A stretch of 64,000 bases of DNA from Acidobacteriota bacterium (GTDB lineage Bacteria; Acidobacteriota; UBA6911). The position numbers and the translations under genes are program-made. The stretch's first letter is position 1. Every line of letters begins with the position of its first letter. The DNA lies in the NCBI GenBank assembly GCA_963664705.1, contig OY761556.1:1408001-1472000 (forward strand), given 5' to 3'. Below, one piece after another: positions 9,162-17,892 of this stretch. The notes below the pieces were generated by a model. That model did not search any database. It was not told the origin of the DNA and saw only the letters and a list, made by a program, of their open reading frames with translations.

Positions 9162-10928
9162 ATGAGTCTGGGTAGGGGGTGTCCTATGCCGCGGGAGATC
9201 CTGGCCAGAGGCTTCTTTTATTGGCTGCGCGCTCCGAGAGATTATTCTGATTTCAGCCGCGAACAGTGGATCATGGCGATAGCACGCCTGTTCATGAGCC
9301 TCTGCTTCCTGGCCAATTCCGCGCACTCCCATGGCCTCTCTTCCACGCTCCCGACCACGCTGCTGTGCCTGTACTCGATCTACAGCGTCCTGATCACCTT
9401 CGCGCTGCGCTTCCGCATCCAGTCCAGCCCGGCTTTCCACATTGGCCTACATTGCGCCGACGTGCTCTGGGCCGCGCAGCTCGCGCTCGTCATCGAGTGG
9501 CCGGGCGTTTCCCTGGTCCTTTTGTTCTTCCTCCTGATCAGCTCCAAGATGCGCTGGGGCTTCTGGGAGGCGCTGCTGACCGGCGGCGGCTTCAGCTTCC
9601 TCTGGCTCGCGGGCAGCCTGATCTACAGCCCGGTCCTGGGCTGGCGGCATGCCTCTCCGCTCGATGCCTTGCTCGAGTTCGCCATCCACATGACGATGTC
9701 GCTCGTGATCGGGCGCCTGGCCGAGCCCAAGCTCATGCACATGGAAAAGAGCCGCCTGACCACCATCCTCGAAGGGATCGATTCCAGCCGCGGCCTGACC
9801 CCGGCGATGCAGACGATCTGCAGCGCGGCCATGAGCCTGTTCCGGGCCACCCAGATTCTCATCGCCATCCACGACCGGCACACCGACCGTACGCTGCTGT
9901 TCCGCGCCGGCAACACCTCCGAGAACGTCCAGTGCGAGGTCCTCACCCCCGAGCAATACTCGCATTACTTCTTCACTCCGCCCGCGACGGGCTGGCGCAT
10001 GAGGGCTGTTCGCCGCGCACGGACTCCCGAGTTCCGCTGCCTGACGCTGCAGGACGACCGTCTGCGCACCTGCCGGGGCGATTGCGGCATGCCGGAGACT
10101 TTCCTGGCCGAGCACCCGCTGCACCTGGTCCTGAGCGTCGATCTGCCGGTTGAGAACGAGATTTGCATCCGCCCGTTCGTGATCGATCCGCACCCGTGGT
10201 TCGGCGGCGCCGCGGCGCTGCGCTTCCTGTGGCGCGGGGCGCTCCAGGTTGCGCCCGTGATCCGCAGCCTGTTCCTCCTCGATCGCATTAAAAGCAAAGC
10301 GGAAGCCGAAGTCCACCACCGGCTGGCGCGCGAACTGCACGACGGTGCCATCCAGTCGCTCACCAGCATCAGCCTGCAGCTCGATCAGCTCTGGCGCTGC
10401 GCCGGGCCCGCCCTCACCGCCGAGGCGCTGCGGCTCGCATCCATCCAGAAAAATATCCGCGACGAGATCGCCTCCCTGCGCGAATTCGCCACCGAACTCC
10501 GCTCGCTCGACATCGATGCCGCCCGCCTCATCCCGCACCTGTCACAGCTGGCCGTCAAATTCCAGTTCGACAGCGATATCGCCGCCCGGTTCGCCTGCGA
10601 TGTCGAGGAAGTGCGGCTGCGGCCCAGCGTCTGCGTCGAAATCGCCCGGATCGCCCAGGAAGCCCTTGCCAATGTGCGGAAACACAGCGGCGCCGGGGAA
10701 GTCCTGATCCGCTTCAACCGGCGCAACGGCAATTACCTGCTCGCCATCACCGACAATGGCTGCGGATTCAAATTCAGCGGACGACGCTCCCACGAAGACC
10801 TGCGCGCCGCCGGGGAAGGGCCCGTCGTCATTTTGGAACGTGCCAAAGAAATACAAGCCCGGGTGGAAATTGAATCTATTCCGGGAAGCGGATCGAGTTT
10901 GGAAGTCAGTGTTCCCGTGGAACGTTGA
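9162..10928 (+). CDS. Membrane sensor histidine kinase (HisKA_3/NarX-like)
   Basis: Several N-terminal TM helices; RLARELHDGAIQ H-box, EALANVRKH N-box, DNGCGF G-box. Confidence 0.88.
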   Translation: MSLGRGCPMPREILARGFFYWLRAPRDYSDFSREQWIMAIARLFMSLCFLANSAHSHGLSSTLPTTLLCLYSIYSVLITFALRFRIQSSPAFHIGLHCADVLWAAQLALVIEWPGVSLVLLFFLLISSKMRWGFWEALLTGGGFSFLWLAGSLIYSPVLGWRHASPLDALLEFAIHMTMSLVIGRLAEPKLMHMEKSRLTTILEGIDSSRGLTPAMQTICSAAMSLFRATQILIAIHDRHTDRTLLFRAGNTSENVQCEVLTPEQYSHYFFTPPATGWRMRAVRRARTPEFRCLTLQDDRLRTCRGDCGMPETFLAEHPLHLVLSVDLPVENEICIRPFVIDPHPWFGGAAALRFLWRGALQVAPVIRSLFLLDRIKSKAEAEVHHRLARELHDGAIQSLTSISLQLDQLWRCAGPALTAEALRLASIQKNIRDEIASLREFATELRSLDIDAARLIPHLSQLAVKFQFDSDIAARFACDVEEVRLRPSVCVEIARIAQEALANVRKHSGAGEVLIRFNRRNGNYLLAITDNGCGFKFSGRRSHEDLRAAGEGPVVILERAKEIQARVEIESIPGSGSSLEVSVPVER

Positions 10929-11023
10929 ACGTTGAACGTTGGGACGTTGAACGTTGGGACGTTGGAACGCGGGGAGAAGTAGTTTGAATCCAAAAAGTAG
11001 ACATATTCGTATACAATAGGAAT

Positions 11024-11686
11024 ATGGATTCCGTACGAATTATCATTGCCGATGACCACACCATCCTGCGCGACGGCCTCAAAATGCTGATCGCGGATTA
11101 CCGGGAATTCGAGGTCGTGGGCGAAGCCTCGACGGGGACGCAGGCGCTCGAGGTTGTCGATCGGCTGGATCCGGACGTTCTGCTGCTCGATCTCGTCATG
11201 CCGGAGCTGGGGGGCATGAAGGTGCTGGAGGAGATGCTGGCGCGGAAGCACCGGACGCGGGTCATCATGCTGAGCGGTGCGATTGAAGGGGATGACATCA
11301 CGAAGGCGTTTGAGCTGGGTGCGCGCGGCCTGGTGAAAAAAGATGTCGCCGGGTCCATCCTGATCGACTGCATGCGCGCCGTGCTGGCAGGGAAGTACTG
11401 GATCGGGAGACAGAGCGCCGAGAATCTCGAGGAAGTCCTGCAGCGCTGCCGAAGCACCGCCAAGAGAGCCCGGCCGGAAAACTACCGTCTTACCCCGAGA
11501 GAGATGCAGATCATTAAGGCCGTCGTCTCCGCCTCCACGAACAAGGAGATCGCGCGGCAGCTATCGATCAGTGAAGAAACCGTCAAGCATCATATCACCA
11601 GCATCTTCGATAAACTCGGCGTCTACAATCGTCTTGAACTGACCCTTTTCGTCTTCCACCACGGCATCGTTGATAAAGCACGTTGA
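11024..11686 (+). CDS. NarL/LuxR-family response regulator, probable partner of the upstream kinase
   Basis: IIIADDH, PDVLLLD, LTPREMQI...NKEIA..LSISEETVKHH. Confidence 0.92.
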   Translation: MDSVRIIIADDHTILRDGLKMLIADYREFEVVGEASTGTQALEVVDRLDPDVLLLDLVMPELGGMKVLEEMLARKHRTRVIMLSGAIEGDDITKAFELGARGLVKKDVAGSILIDCMRAVLAGKYWIGRQSAENLEEVLQRCRSTAKRARPENYRLTPREMQIIKAVVSASTNKEIARQLSISEETVKHHITSIFDKLGVYNRLELTLFVFHHGIVDKAR

Positions 11687-11794
11687 ACGTTGGGACGTTG
11701 AACGTTTGAACGTTTGAACGTTGGAACGTTGGGACGTTGGACGTTTGGACGTTGAACGTTGAAACGTTGAAACGTTGGAACGTGGGAGCGGGAT

Positions 11795-11826
11795 AAAAAT
11801 TAAAAGGGCCCCAAGGATGGGGCCCT
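11795..11826 (-). terminator. Intrinsic terminator
   Basis: 9-bp stem AGGGCCCCA/TGGGGCCCT with a U-tract on the minus strand. Confidence 0.65.
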
Positions 11827-12035
11827 GTCGTTCGCAGTAGGTCTTTTTAAGGCGGGAACGATCCCTGGGGAGGAGATCGTCATTTTGAGTGGTTGTTGTT
11901 GCTCGCGCTTCGTTTAGATGAATCTAATGTCCCGTGGGGACTATCCCTGCATCCGGCCCCCCCTACATTTCCGTCTGCAGTATTCTGTCCCCACAACCGC
12001 TGGTCTCTGAGATGCCGCATCTCATTGACCGAAGT
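11795..12035 (-). ncRNA. Candidate structured small RNA with multiple GGA motifs
   Basis: No convincing ORF; several hairpins, six GGA motifs, own terminator (see findings). Confidence 0.3.
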
Positions 12036-12146
12036 GATATTTAAACATTTAAGAAGATTGAAAACTATTCGTGGGAATACTCAATGAAGGCTGGGTAGTA
12101 CTACGCAGCGGCGGGGCAGGCGGATTTGCCGCCCGCCCCGTGGCTG

Positions 12147-12299
12147 TTAGGCTTGTGGAATTAGTGCTTTGGTAAGGGTTTCACGGTCCGTGTCGTTGAA
12201 GTACTTCAGGCCGCACACGATACACAACACTATGGATGTCCCTTTTTCGTTGGGGCTGACGTAAACCGGGCGCCCACAATCTTTGCACTCGATTTCCAT
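12147..12299 (-). CDS. 50-aa zinc-ribbon protein
   Basis: MEIECKDCG...LCIVCG has two CxxC pairs; followed by a GC hairpin at about 12108-12142. Confidence 0.55.
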   Translation of the reverse strand: MEIECKDCGRPVYVSPNEKGTSIVLCIVCGLKYFNDTDRETLTKALIPQA

Positions 12300-12564
12300 C
12301 GTGATTTGAGTCAGTGAGGGGGCAAAAGCGCCAAGCAGAATAGATTCAGACTCGCTAAAATAATCAATCAACATCAAATGCACTCCAAAACAAATTACGG
12401 GTGTAATGGTACCGACAAAACGCCATAAATTCCACGAATTCCACAAATAATCGGTTACCCGAAATGGCGCCAATTTATACACCGTGTCACCGAAGACACG
12501 TTGAACGTTCAACGTTTCAACGTTCAACGTTTCGGCGTATAATCGGCCGAAAAAGGAGCAGCCC

Positions 12565-13125
12565 ATGATCACGAGACGCGATTTTGTCAAAGGTGTTGCA
12601 GGAACCGCTGTTGTTGGCGCGCTGATAGAGCCGGGGAAGAATGAAACCCTCGTCGCCTCCTGCGGACTCTACTGCGGCGCATGCCCCATGTACCTCGCCA
12701 CCCAGAGCAAGGACGAGTCGAGAATCAAAACGATGATGCAGCAATTCTCCGCCTCGAAGATGAACTGGAAGATGGAAGATCTGCTGTGCGACGGATGCCG
12801 GGGCACCGGGCAGCTGGCCGTCTTCTGCCGCAAATGCGCCATCCGCGATTCGGCGGCGGCGAAAACCAAGTCCAGACTCTGTTCGGACTGCTCCGACTTT
12901 GCCTGCTCGCGCATCACTGGCTTTAATAATGACGGCATGGTGCACCACGCGGAAGTGCTGGCAAATCTGAAACAGCTCAAAGCGGTGGGACTTACGGAAT
13001 GGGCGAAGATGGAAGACGCGCGGTGGGCCTGCCCCGGCTGCAAAGGGCGGATTTCGTGGTATGAGGCCAAGTGCCCGAAATGCGGCACGGCACGCTCGGC
13101 CAAGCTCTTTCCCCTCAAAGCGTAA
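12565..13125 (+). CDS. DUF3795-type Cys-rich metal-binding protein with a twin-arginine motif
   Basis: RBS AAGGAG; TRRDFVK; SCGLYCGAC, CDGC, CSDCSDFAC, CPGC/CPKC. Confidence 0.75.
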   Translation: MITRRDFVKGVAGTAVVGALIEPGKNETLVASCGLYCGACPMYLATQSKDESRIKTMMQQFSASKMNWKMEDLLCDGCRGTGQLAVFCRKCAIRDSAAAKTKSRLCSDCSDFACSRITGFNNDGMVHHAEVLANLKQLKAVGLTEWAKMEDARWACPGCKGRISWYEAKCPKCGTARSAKLFPLKA

Positions 13126-13279
13126 AAGAACGTTGGACGTTGGGACGTTGCACGTTGGACAAGCGGCCACGAATTCCACGAATTATCACGAATCCGGAAG
13201 CGCAAATGAAACCGGGCCTTGTCGTCCAACGTCCCAACGTCCCAACGTCTAACGTCCAACGTTTCTTCGTCCAACGATT

Positions 13280-14188
13280 TCAGCGCGCACGACGAGCGAT
13301 GATGTGATAGTCGCCGCCGGGGATCGTCACTTCGATGTGCCTCTCGGCGTTACCGTCTTTCAGTGGCGTGCGGTACACGATGGAATAGTGGCTCGAGAGG
13401 AGATGTGTGATGGTGCGGCACAGCCCGCTGACATCCCCGTCCTGGCCCGAGGCGCTGATTTCTTCCGGGCCCAGCATCAATTGGTCCGATCCGGACTGTT
13501 CCTGGATCAGGGTCAACCTGCTTTTCGACTCCTCGGAAAATCCTGCAGCGATCAGTATTACGCCGGATTCCCTCAAGTGTTCGATTGAGGATTGCCTCAG
13601 CTCTTCCGGGTGATCGCGAATGAGCAGCAGCGCCTTTCGCTGGTTGTCCCCTTTTTTCGCCGCCTTCAGTCCGAGGTCGATCCCCAGTCCCACCTGTGGC
13701 GGAGTGATGAAGCTGCGCCCGATCCGGCGCGGCCGCCGGCTGTGCGAGAGGACGCCGATGTTTTCCAGCGCTGTGATGATCTCCAGGCGGTCCCGGGTGA
13801 AACGCTGCTCGAGGTAGGCGTCGCGCTGATCATAGGAGTAGAGCGCGATTTCATCCGTCGGCTTGAGAAGATGGATGAGCTGCGAAATCATGTTCTTCGC
13901 GATCGAGAGGCTGGATTGCGGCATGAAGCCGGTCCCCAGCGAGATGACCAGGCTCACCGGGACGTCCGAGAGTTGTTTGAAGTTGGCGATTTCCACGGGT
14001 GTCCCGTTTTCCCTGATCTCGAAGGCATCGCCGGCGAGGCCGGGGACCGCTCGTCCTTGCCGATCGAGCACTTCCACATCCAGGAAGACGAGGTGGACTT
14101 CCACCTTGAAGGGAGGGTTCTTCTTTTGGGCAAAGGCGGCCAACACGAACAAAAGGGTGCTGGCGAAAATGATCAGGGTGCGTCGCAT
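13280..14188 (-). CDS. Acidobacterial VWFA-related (VWA) domain protein
   Basis: Signal peptide; FKVEVHLVFLDVEVLDRQGRAV.GL....FEIRENG; YSIVY; MIDAS motif appears degenerate. Confidence 0.75.
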   Translation of the reverse strand: MRRTLIIFASTLLFVLAAFAQKKNPPFKVEVHLVFLDVEVLDRQGRAVPGLAGDAFEIRENGTPVEIANFKQLSDVPVSLVISLGTGFMPQSSLSIAKNMISQLIHLLKPTDEIALYSYDQRDAYLEQRFTRDRLEIITALENIGVLSHSRRPRRIGRSFITPPQVGLGIDLGLKAAKKGDNQRKALLLIRDHPEELRQSSIEHLRESGVILIAAGFSEESKSRLTLIQEQSGSDQLMLGPEEISASGQDGDVSGLCRTITHLLSSHYSIVYRTPLKDGNAERHIEVTIPGGDYHIIARRAR

Positions 14189-14269
14189 GGATTCCCTCTT
14201 ACCCGATATAACGATAGAGTACTGCAAAACGTGGCGTTTTTTTGACTTTTGTAATAATCTCGATGGGCG

Positions 14270-14950
14270 ATGAAAAACAGACGCAATTACTACCGGATCC
14301 TGCAGGTGCAGCCGGACGCGCCGACGGAGATCATTCACGCGAGCTATCGCGCGATGATGCGTGATCTGAAGCAGCACCCCGACCTGGGCGGGTCGACGTA
14401 CGAGGCCGCTCTCATTAATGAAGCGTTCGAGACGCTTGGCAACCCGGAAAAGCGCGCGGCCTACGACCAGGAGCTGTTCCTGAAGTTTACGAAGCAGGTG
14501 CATTCGCGGACGATGTCGCCGATTGCGCCGGTGCTCTGTCCGGTCTGTCGTCGGCCGCTGTCGCGGACGCCGGAGCCCGGGGAGATCTGCTCAACCTGCC
14601 GGACGCCGCTGCAATCGGACGAAGCGCCGCTCTCCGCGCCGTCCAACAAGCGCTCGATGGATCGCATCAGGAGTTCCGAGCCGGTGGAGTATTACCCGAG
14701 CTGGCCGGGGAAGGCGCACAAAGGAAAGCTGATTGATTTTTCTCCGAAGGGGCTGCGATTTCTGTGCAGCGAGCGGCTGGCGCCGCAGACTGTGCTGAAG
14801 ATCAGCAGCCGGCTTTTCGAAGCCTCAGGCACGGTGACGAATGTGAGCGAAGAAGCGGCGGGCGTGAAACCGTCTTATGCCATCGGCATTTGTTTCCTGG
14901 CCGTGAACTTCAGCGACACCCGCGGCACCTTCCTTTCTACCTCGGCGTAA
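14270..14950 (+). CDS. DnaJ-domain protein with zinc ribbon and PilZ domain
   Basis: NYYRILQV...HPD J-domain; CPVC/CSTC; KRSMDR and DFSPKG PilZ motifs. Confidence 0.8.
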   Translation: MKNRRNYYRILQVQPDAPTEIIHASYRAMMRDLKQHPDLGGSTYEAALINEAFETLGNPEKRAAYDQELFLKFTKQVHSRTMSPIAPVLCPVCRRPLSRTPEPGEICSTCRTPLQSDEAPLSAPSNKRSMDRIRSSEPVEYYPSWPGKAHKGKLIDFSPKGLRFLCSERLAPQTVLKISSRLFEASGTVTNVSEEAAGVKPSYAIGICFLAVNFSDTRGTFLSTSA

Positions 14951-15003
14951 AGACCGTTGAACGTTAAAACGTTAAACGTTGAAACGTTCCAACGTTCAAC
15001 GTT

Positions 15004-16371
15004 TCACGGACATGTCGCGGTTCCCAGGATCACATTCGATTCCAATTGAATATCGAGCGCATTGACGCTTCCATCTTTATTACTGTCGCAGTTCGCCGGG
15101 CAGGCATTCTTCCCCAGGATCGTGTTGGCGAGCGCCTGCAAATCCAGGACATTGGTCAGGGTATCGCCGTTGATATCGCAGTTCCCGGACCCGCTGGTCA
15201 CCAGGCACCCGGGGTACTGGCTGACGTGCGAGCTGATCTCCGACTTGGAGTAGGTGCAGAAGGTCGTCCCGGTCCCGAGCGAGGAATTCATAATCGTGTT
15301 GACGCAGTCCGGTTGGGCCGGCGAGGCGTTTTCCGTATGCGACGCCCCGAAGTTGTGCCCGATCTCGTGCGCGGTCAGAATATATTTTCCCGGCGAGGCG
15401 GCCAGGGATTGCGACACGCCGTAGGTAAAGGAAGCGGCATAGCAGGTCACCCCGACATAGGCGATCCCGACGGTGGAGCCGTCCATATCTTTCCCGGTCC
15501 ACATGTGCGCAATATCGTAGGGGACGGAGCCGAGGTTGGTGCTGCCCCAGTTCCGGAATTCGGCCAGCATGGAGGATGGGTCGGTGGAGGTGTAAGGATC
15601 GCCGGAGGTAGCCCATGCGTGCTGGTAGATGACGTGCAGCGAAATGTTGAGCTGCGAGCTATAGATGCCGTCCACCTGGTTCATGATATCCAGGATCGCG
15701 TTGTTGGCGTTGGCGGCGCTGCCGTTGGCGGTCACGAACTCATAATCGGCCTCGGTGGCGACGTCGGCAACCGAGACGGAGGCGCCGGCAATGGCGAACT
15801 GGGCGGCAATCACTCCCTGGACATGGGCGGCCTGTGTGCTGATCTGTTCGGCGAGGGCGGTGGCGCAGGTCCCGAAGGCTTCCGGGATGATGTCCGAGGC
15901 GCGGTACACCACCATTTCGGCCTGGTCTGCCGTGGCGTCGTAGTTGCGCAGCGGCTCGACGAGGTACCATTCGTGCGGCGTGATCACGATGCCTTCGATG
16001 GCATCCTCGCGCAGGCTGAACCGGACTTCGCTGCCGGGGATGCCGGCGGCCGTGCCGCGGAAGGTCCGGAGGCTGGCCGGAGTAACCGGGTAGGCGATGC
16101 CGTCCTCGGCGACCGCTTCGGCGCGGTAGCGCGGCGAGCGGATATCGTTCGGGGCCACCATCAGTTCAAGCGTCCCGTCCTCGGTGGGGATGGTGACGCG
16201 GCCCATGGTTCTGGCTCTGCGGACGATTGCGCGCGTGTCCACGGCGACGCGCTGATAGTGCCGCAGGTAGCGGTCGACGCGGTGGGTGTCCTGAGCGTGG
16301 GCGGCGGCGGGCATCCCTGCGAGGAGATAGGTGATGAGTGCGGATAGGAAAATGCCGATTCGCTTGTGCAT
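15004..16371 (-). CDS. Secreted M12/reprolysin-like zinc metallopeptidase with a C-terminal dockerin-like domain
   Basis: Signal peptide; HEIGHNFGASH; Met-turn IMN; duplicated D.N.DG..N.LD.Q motif. Confidence 0.85.
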   Translation of the reverse strand: MHKRIGIFLSALITYLLAGMPAAAHAQDTHRVDRYLRHYQRVAVDTRAIVRRARTMGRVTIPTEDGTLELMVAPNDIRSPRYRAEAVAEDGIAYPVTPASLRTFRGTAAGIPGSEVRFSLREDAIEGIVITPHEWYLVEPLRNYDATADQAEMVVYRASDIIPEAFGTCATALAEQISTQAAHVQGVIAAQFAIAGASVSVADVATEADYEFVTANGSAANANNAILDIMNQVDGIYSSQLNISLHVIYQHAWATSGDPYTSTDPSSMLAEFRNWGSTNLGSVPYDIAHMWTGKDMDGSTVGIAYVGVTCYAASFTYGVSQSLAASPGKYILTAHEIGHNFGASHTENASPAQPDCVNTIMNSSLGTGTTFCTYSKSEISSHVSQYPGCLVTSGSGNCDINGDTLTNVLDLQALANTILGKNACPANCDSNKDGSVNALDIQLESNVILGTATCP

Positions 16372-16530
16372 GGATATCCTCCAAGTAGGGTAAGCCATAG
16401 ATATGCTATGCCCTGAGCGGGGGAAGTTCTGTGTCCTGCGTCACGAAATAGCAATTTGCCCGGGGCATGGGTTGCATGGTCCCTTGGAAGTGAGGTAGGC
16501 TGTCCCGGTGAGTTTTTGGAGGGTGGATCG

Positions 16531-16938
16531 ATGAAGCGGATTTATGGCTGGTTCCTGGTGTTGGCGGTCGGTGCGTTGGTAGTCGGATGCGGCAAAGAAA
16601 CAACGATAGAAAATGCGCCGTTGAGTGAAAAAGGGGACACGCAGCTCAATGTCGGGAAGATTCCCGACGATTTCCCCAGCGATGTCCCGGTCTATAAGAA
16701 TATACGGTCGGCGAAGGCAATCACCGGCGGCGTCCGGCTGCTGCACCTGCAGTCGGGGGATTCCAAGTCGCAGATTGTGGAGTTTTATAAGAAGGAGCTC
16801 GCGGCGGCGCAGTGGCAGTTGACGGTGGAGAACCGGAGCGAGGGGGTCGAGATTCTGGCCGCCAAGCAGCAGCGCAACCTGACCGTGTCGATTGTGGATA
16901 AGGGCGCGACCGGCCGCGTCATCGATATCAGTTATTAG
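16531..16938 (+). CDS. Hypothetical lipoprotein
   Basis: RBS GGAGG; lipobox LVVG-C; IPDDFPSDVPVY. Confidence 0.7.
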   Translation: MKRIYGWFLVLAVGALVVGCGKETTIENAPLSEKGDTQLNVGKIPDDFPSDVPVYKNIRSAKAITGGVRLLHLQSGDSKSQIVEFYKKELAAAQWQLTVENRSEGVEILAAKQQRNLTVSIVDKGATGRVIDISY

Positions 16939-17119
16939 ATTTTTACGCCATGTGGGATGGCTCTTCCGGGCCGCTACGGTGCGAATCGCCGCCTGTTATT
17001 TGCCCGGAGCCTCGGGGCCTAGAACCAATGGTAGGTGACATTGGGGGAGATGCCCAATGCCGCATGTTATTTGCGCAAGGAATCTGGAACGCGGTGCATC
17101 CGCGCCCCGAAGTTTAGGC

Positions 17120-17308
17120 AGAAAGGTCGACAATTATTCCTGCGCTGGGTCGAACCCAATCCCAGCCCCGGCAGGGGGCGATTAGAAAGGTCGACAATTA
17201 TTCCTAAGCTGGGTCGAACCCAATCCCAGCCCCGGCAGGGGGCGATTAGAAAGGTCGACAATTATTCCTAAGCTGGGTCGAACCCAATCCCAGCCCCGGC
17301 AGGGGCGG
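17120..17308. repeat. Three tandem 64-bp repeats running into a REP
   Basis: AGAAAGGTCGACAATTATTCCT..GCTGGGTCGAACCCAATCCCAGCCCCGGCAGGGG starts at 17120, 17184 and 17248; no spacers. Confidence 0.9.
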
Positions 17309-17480
17309 TCAGAACGTAGCCGGGGGTGAAGCGAAGCGAACCCCCGGATAGCATGAAAGTAAAAAGAGCCCCGGAAGGGGCGAAAGATGGGCCTGCTGCC
17401 GCCCCTCAGGGCTTGTTACTGGGCTAATCCAATCCGGGGGTTCGCTGCGCTTCACCCTTGGCGGGGCCCCCTCCGGGCCT
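17293..17480. repeat. Inverted REP doublet (REPIN-like)
   Basis: GTAG-CCGGGGGTGAAGCGAAGCGAACCCCCGG at 17316 with flanking GCCCC hairpins; degenerate inverted copy at 17401-17480. Confidence 0.85.
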
Positions 17481-17657
17481 GGTGCTTCACTCGCATCGCA
17501 GGGCAGTGGACAACTAATATGCTGCATTGGCCGGGGCGGCGGCACTCCCGGTGCTGCCAGCGCAAATTTTTTCCTGTTGCATGCTCGACACCATATAGAC
17601 ACAGAGGGGGGGATGATGGTAAGCTTTGATCCCTCTAAGGTGTTGAAAACAAAATGT

Positions 17658-17735
17658 GCGCCTGTAGCTCAGTTGGATTAGAGCGTCGGTCTCCGGAACC
17701 GAAGGTCGCAGGTTCGAACCCTGCCAGGCGTACCA
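17658..17735 (+). tRNA. tRNA-Arg (anticodon CCG)
   Basis: Acceptor GCGCCTG/CAGGCGT, D-arm GCTC/GAGC, anticodon arm TCGGT-CTCCGGA-ACCGA, T-loop GGTTCGAACC, encoded CCA. Confidence 0.95.
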
Positions 17736-17892
17736 CTTAAATCCTTCATTTCTAATTTCTTACCGTCACTCCATCGAAACCATCTTCAGCTTCTCAAATC
17801 TTTGGGTAGGCGATCGGTCCTCATTTGCGTTCTTGGAGATAGAACCGGCTAAATGGGAGGCCCGTCAATTGGATTAGAATAGGCCCAATATT

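Noticed and set aside
17120-17308. 64-bp and 43-bp (32443-32571) repeats as CRISPR arrays
   Set aside because: Units are contiguous with no unique spacers, and there are no cas genes in the window.
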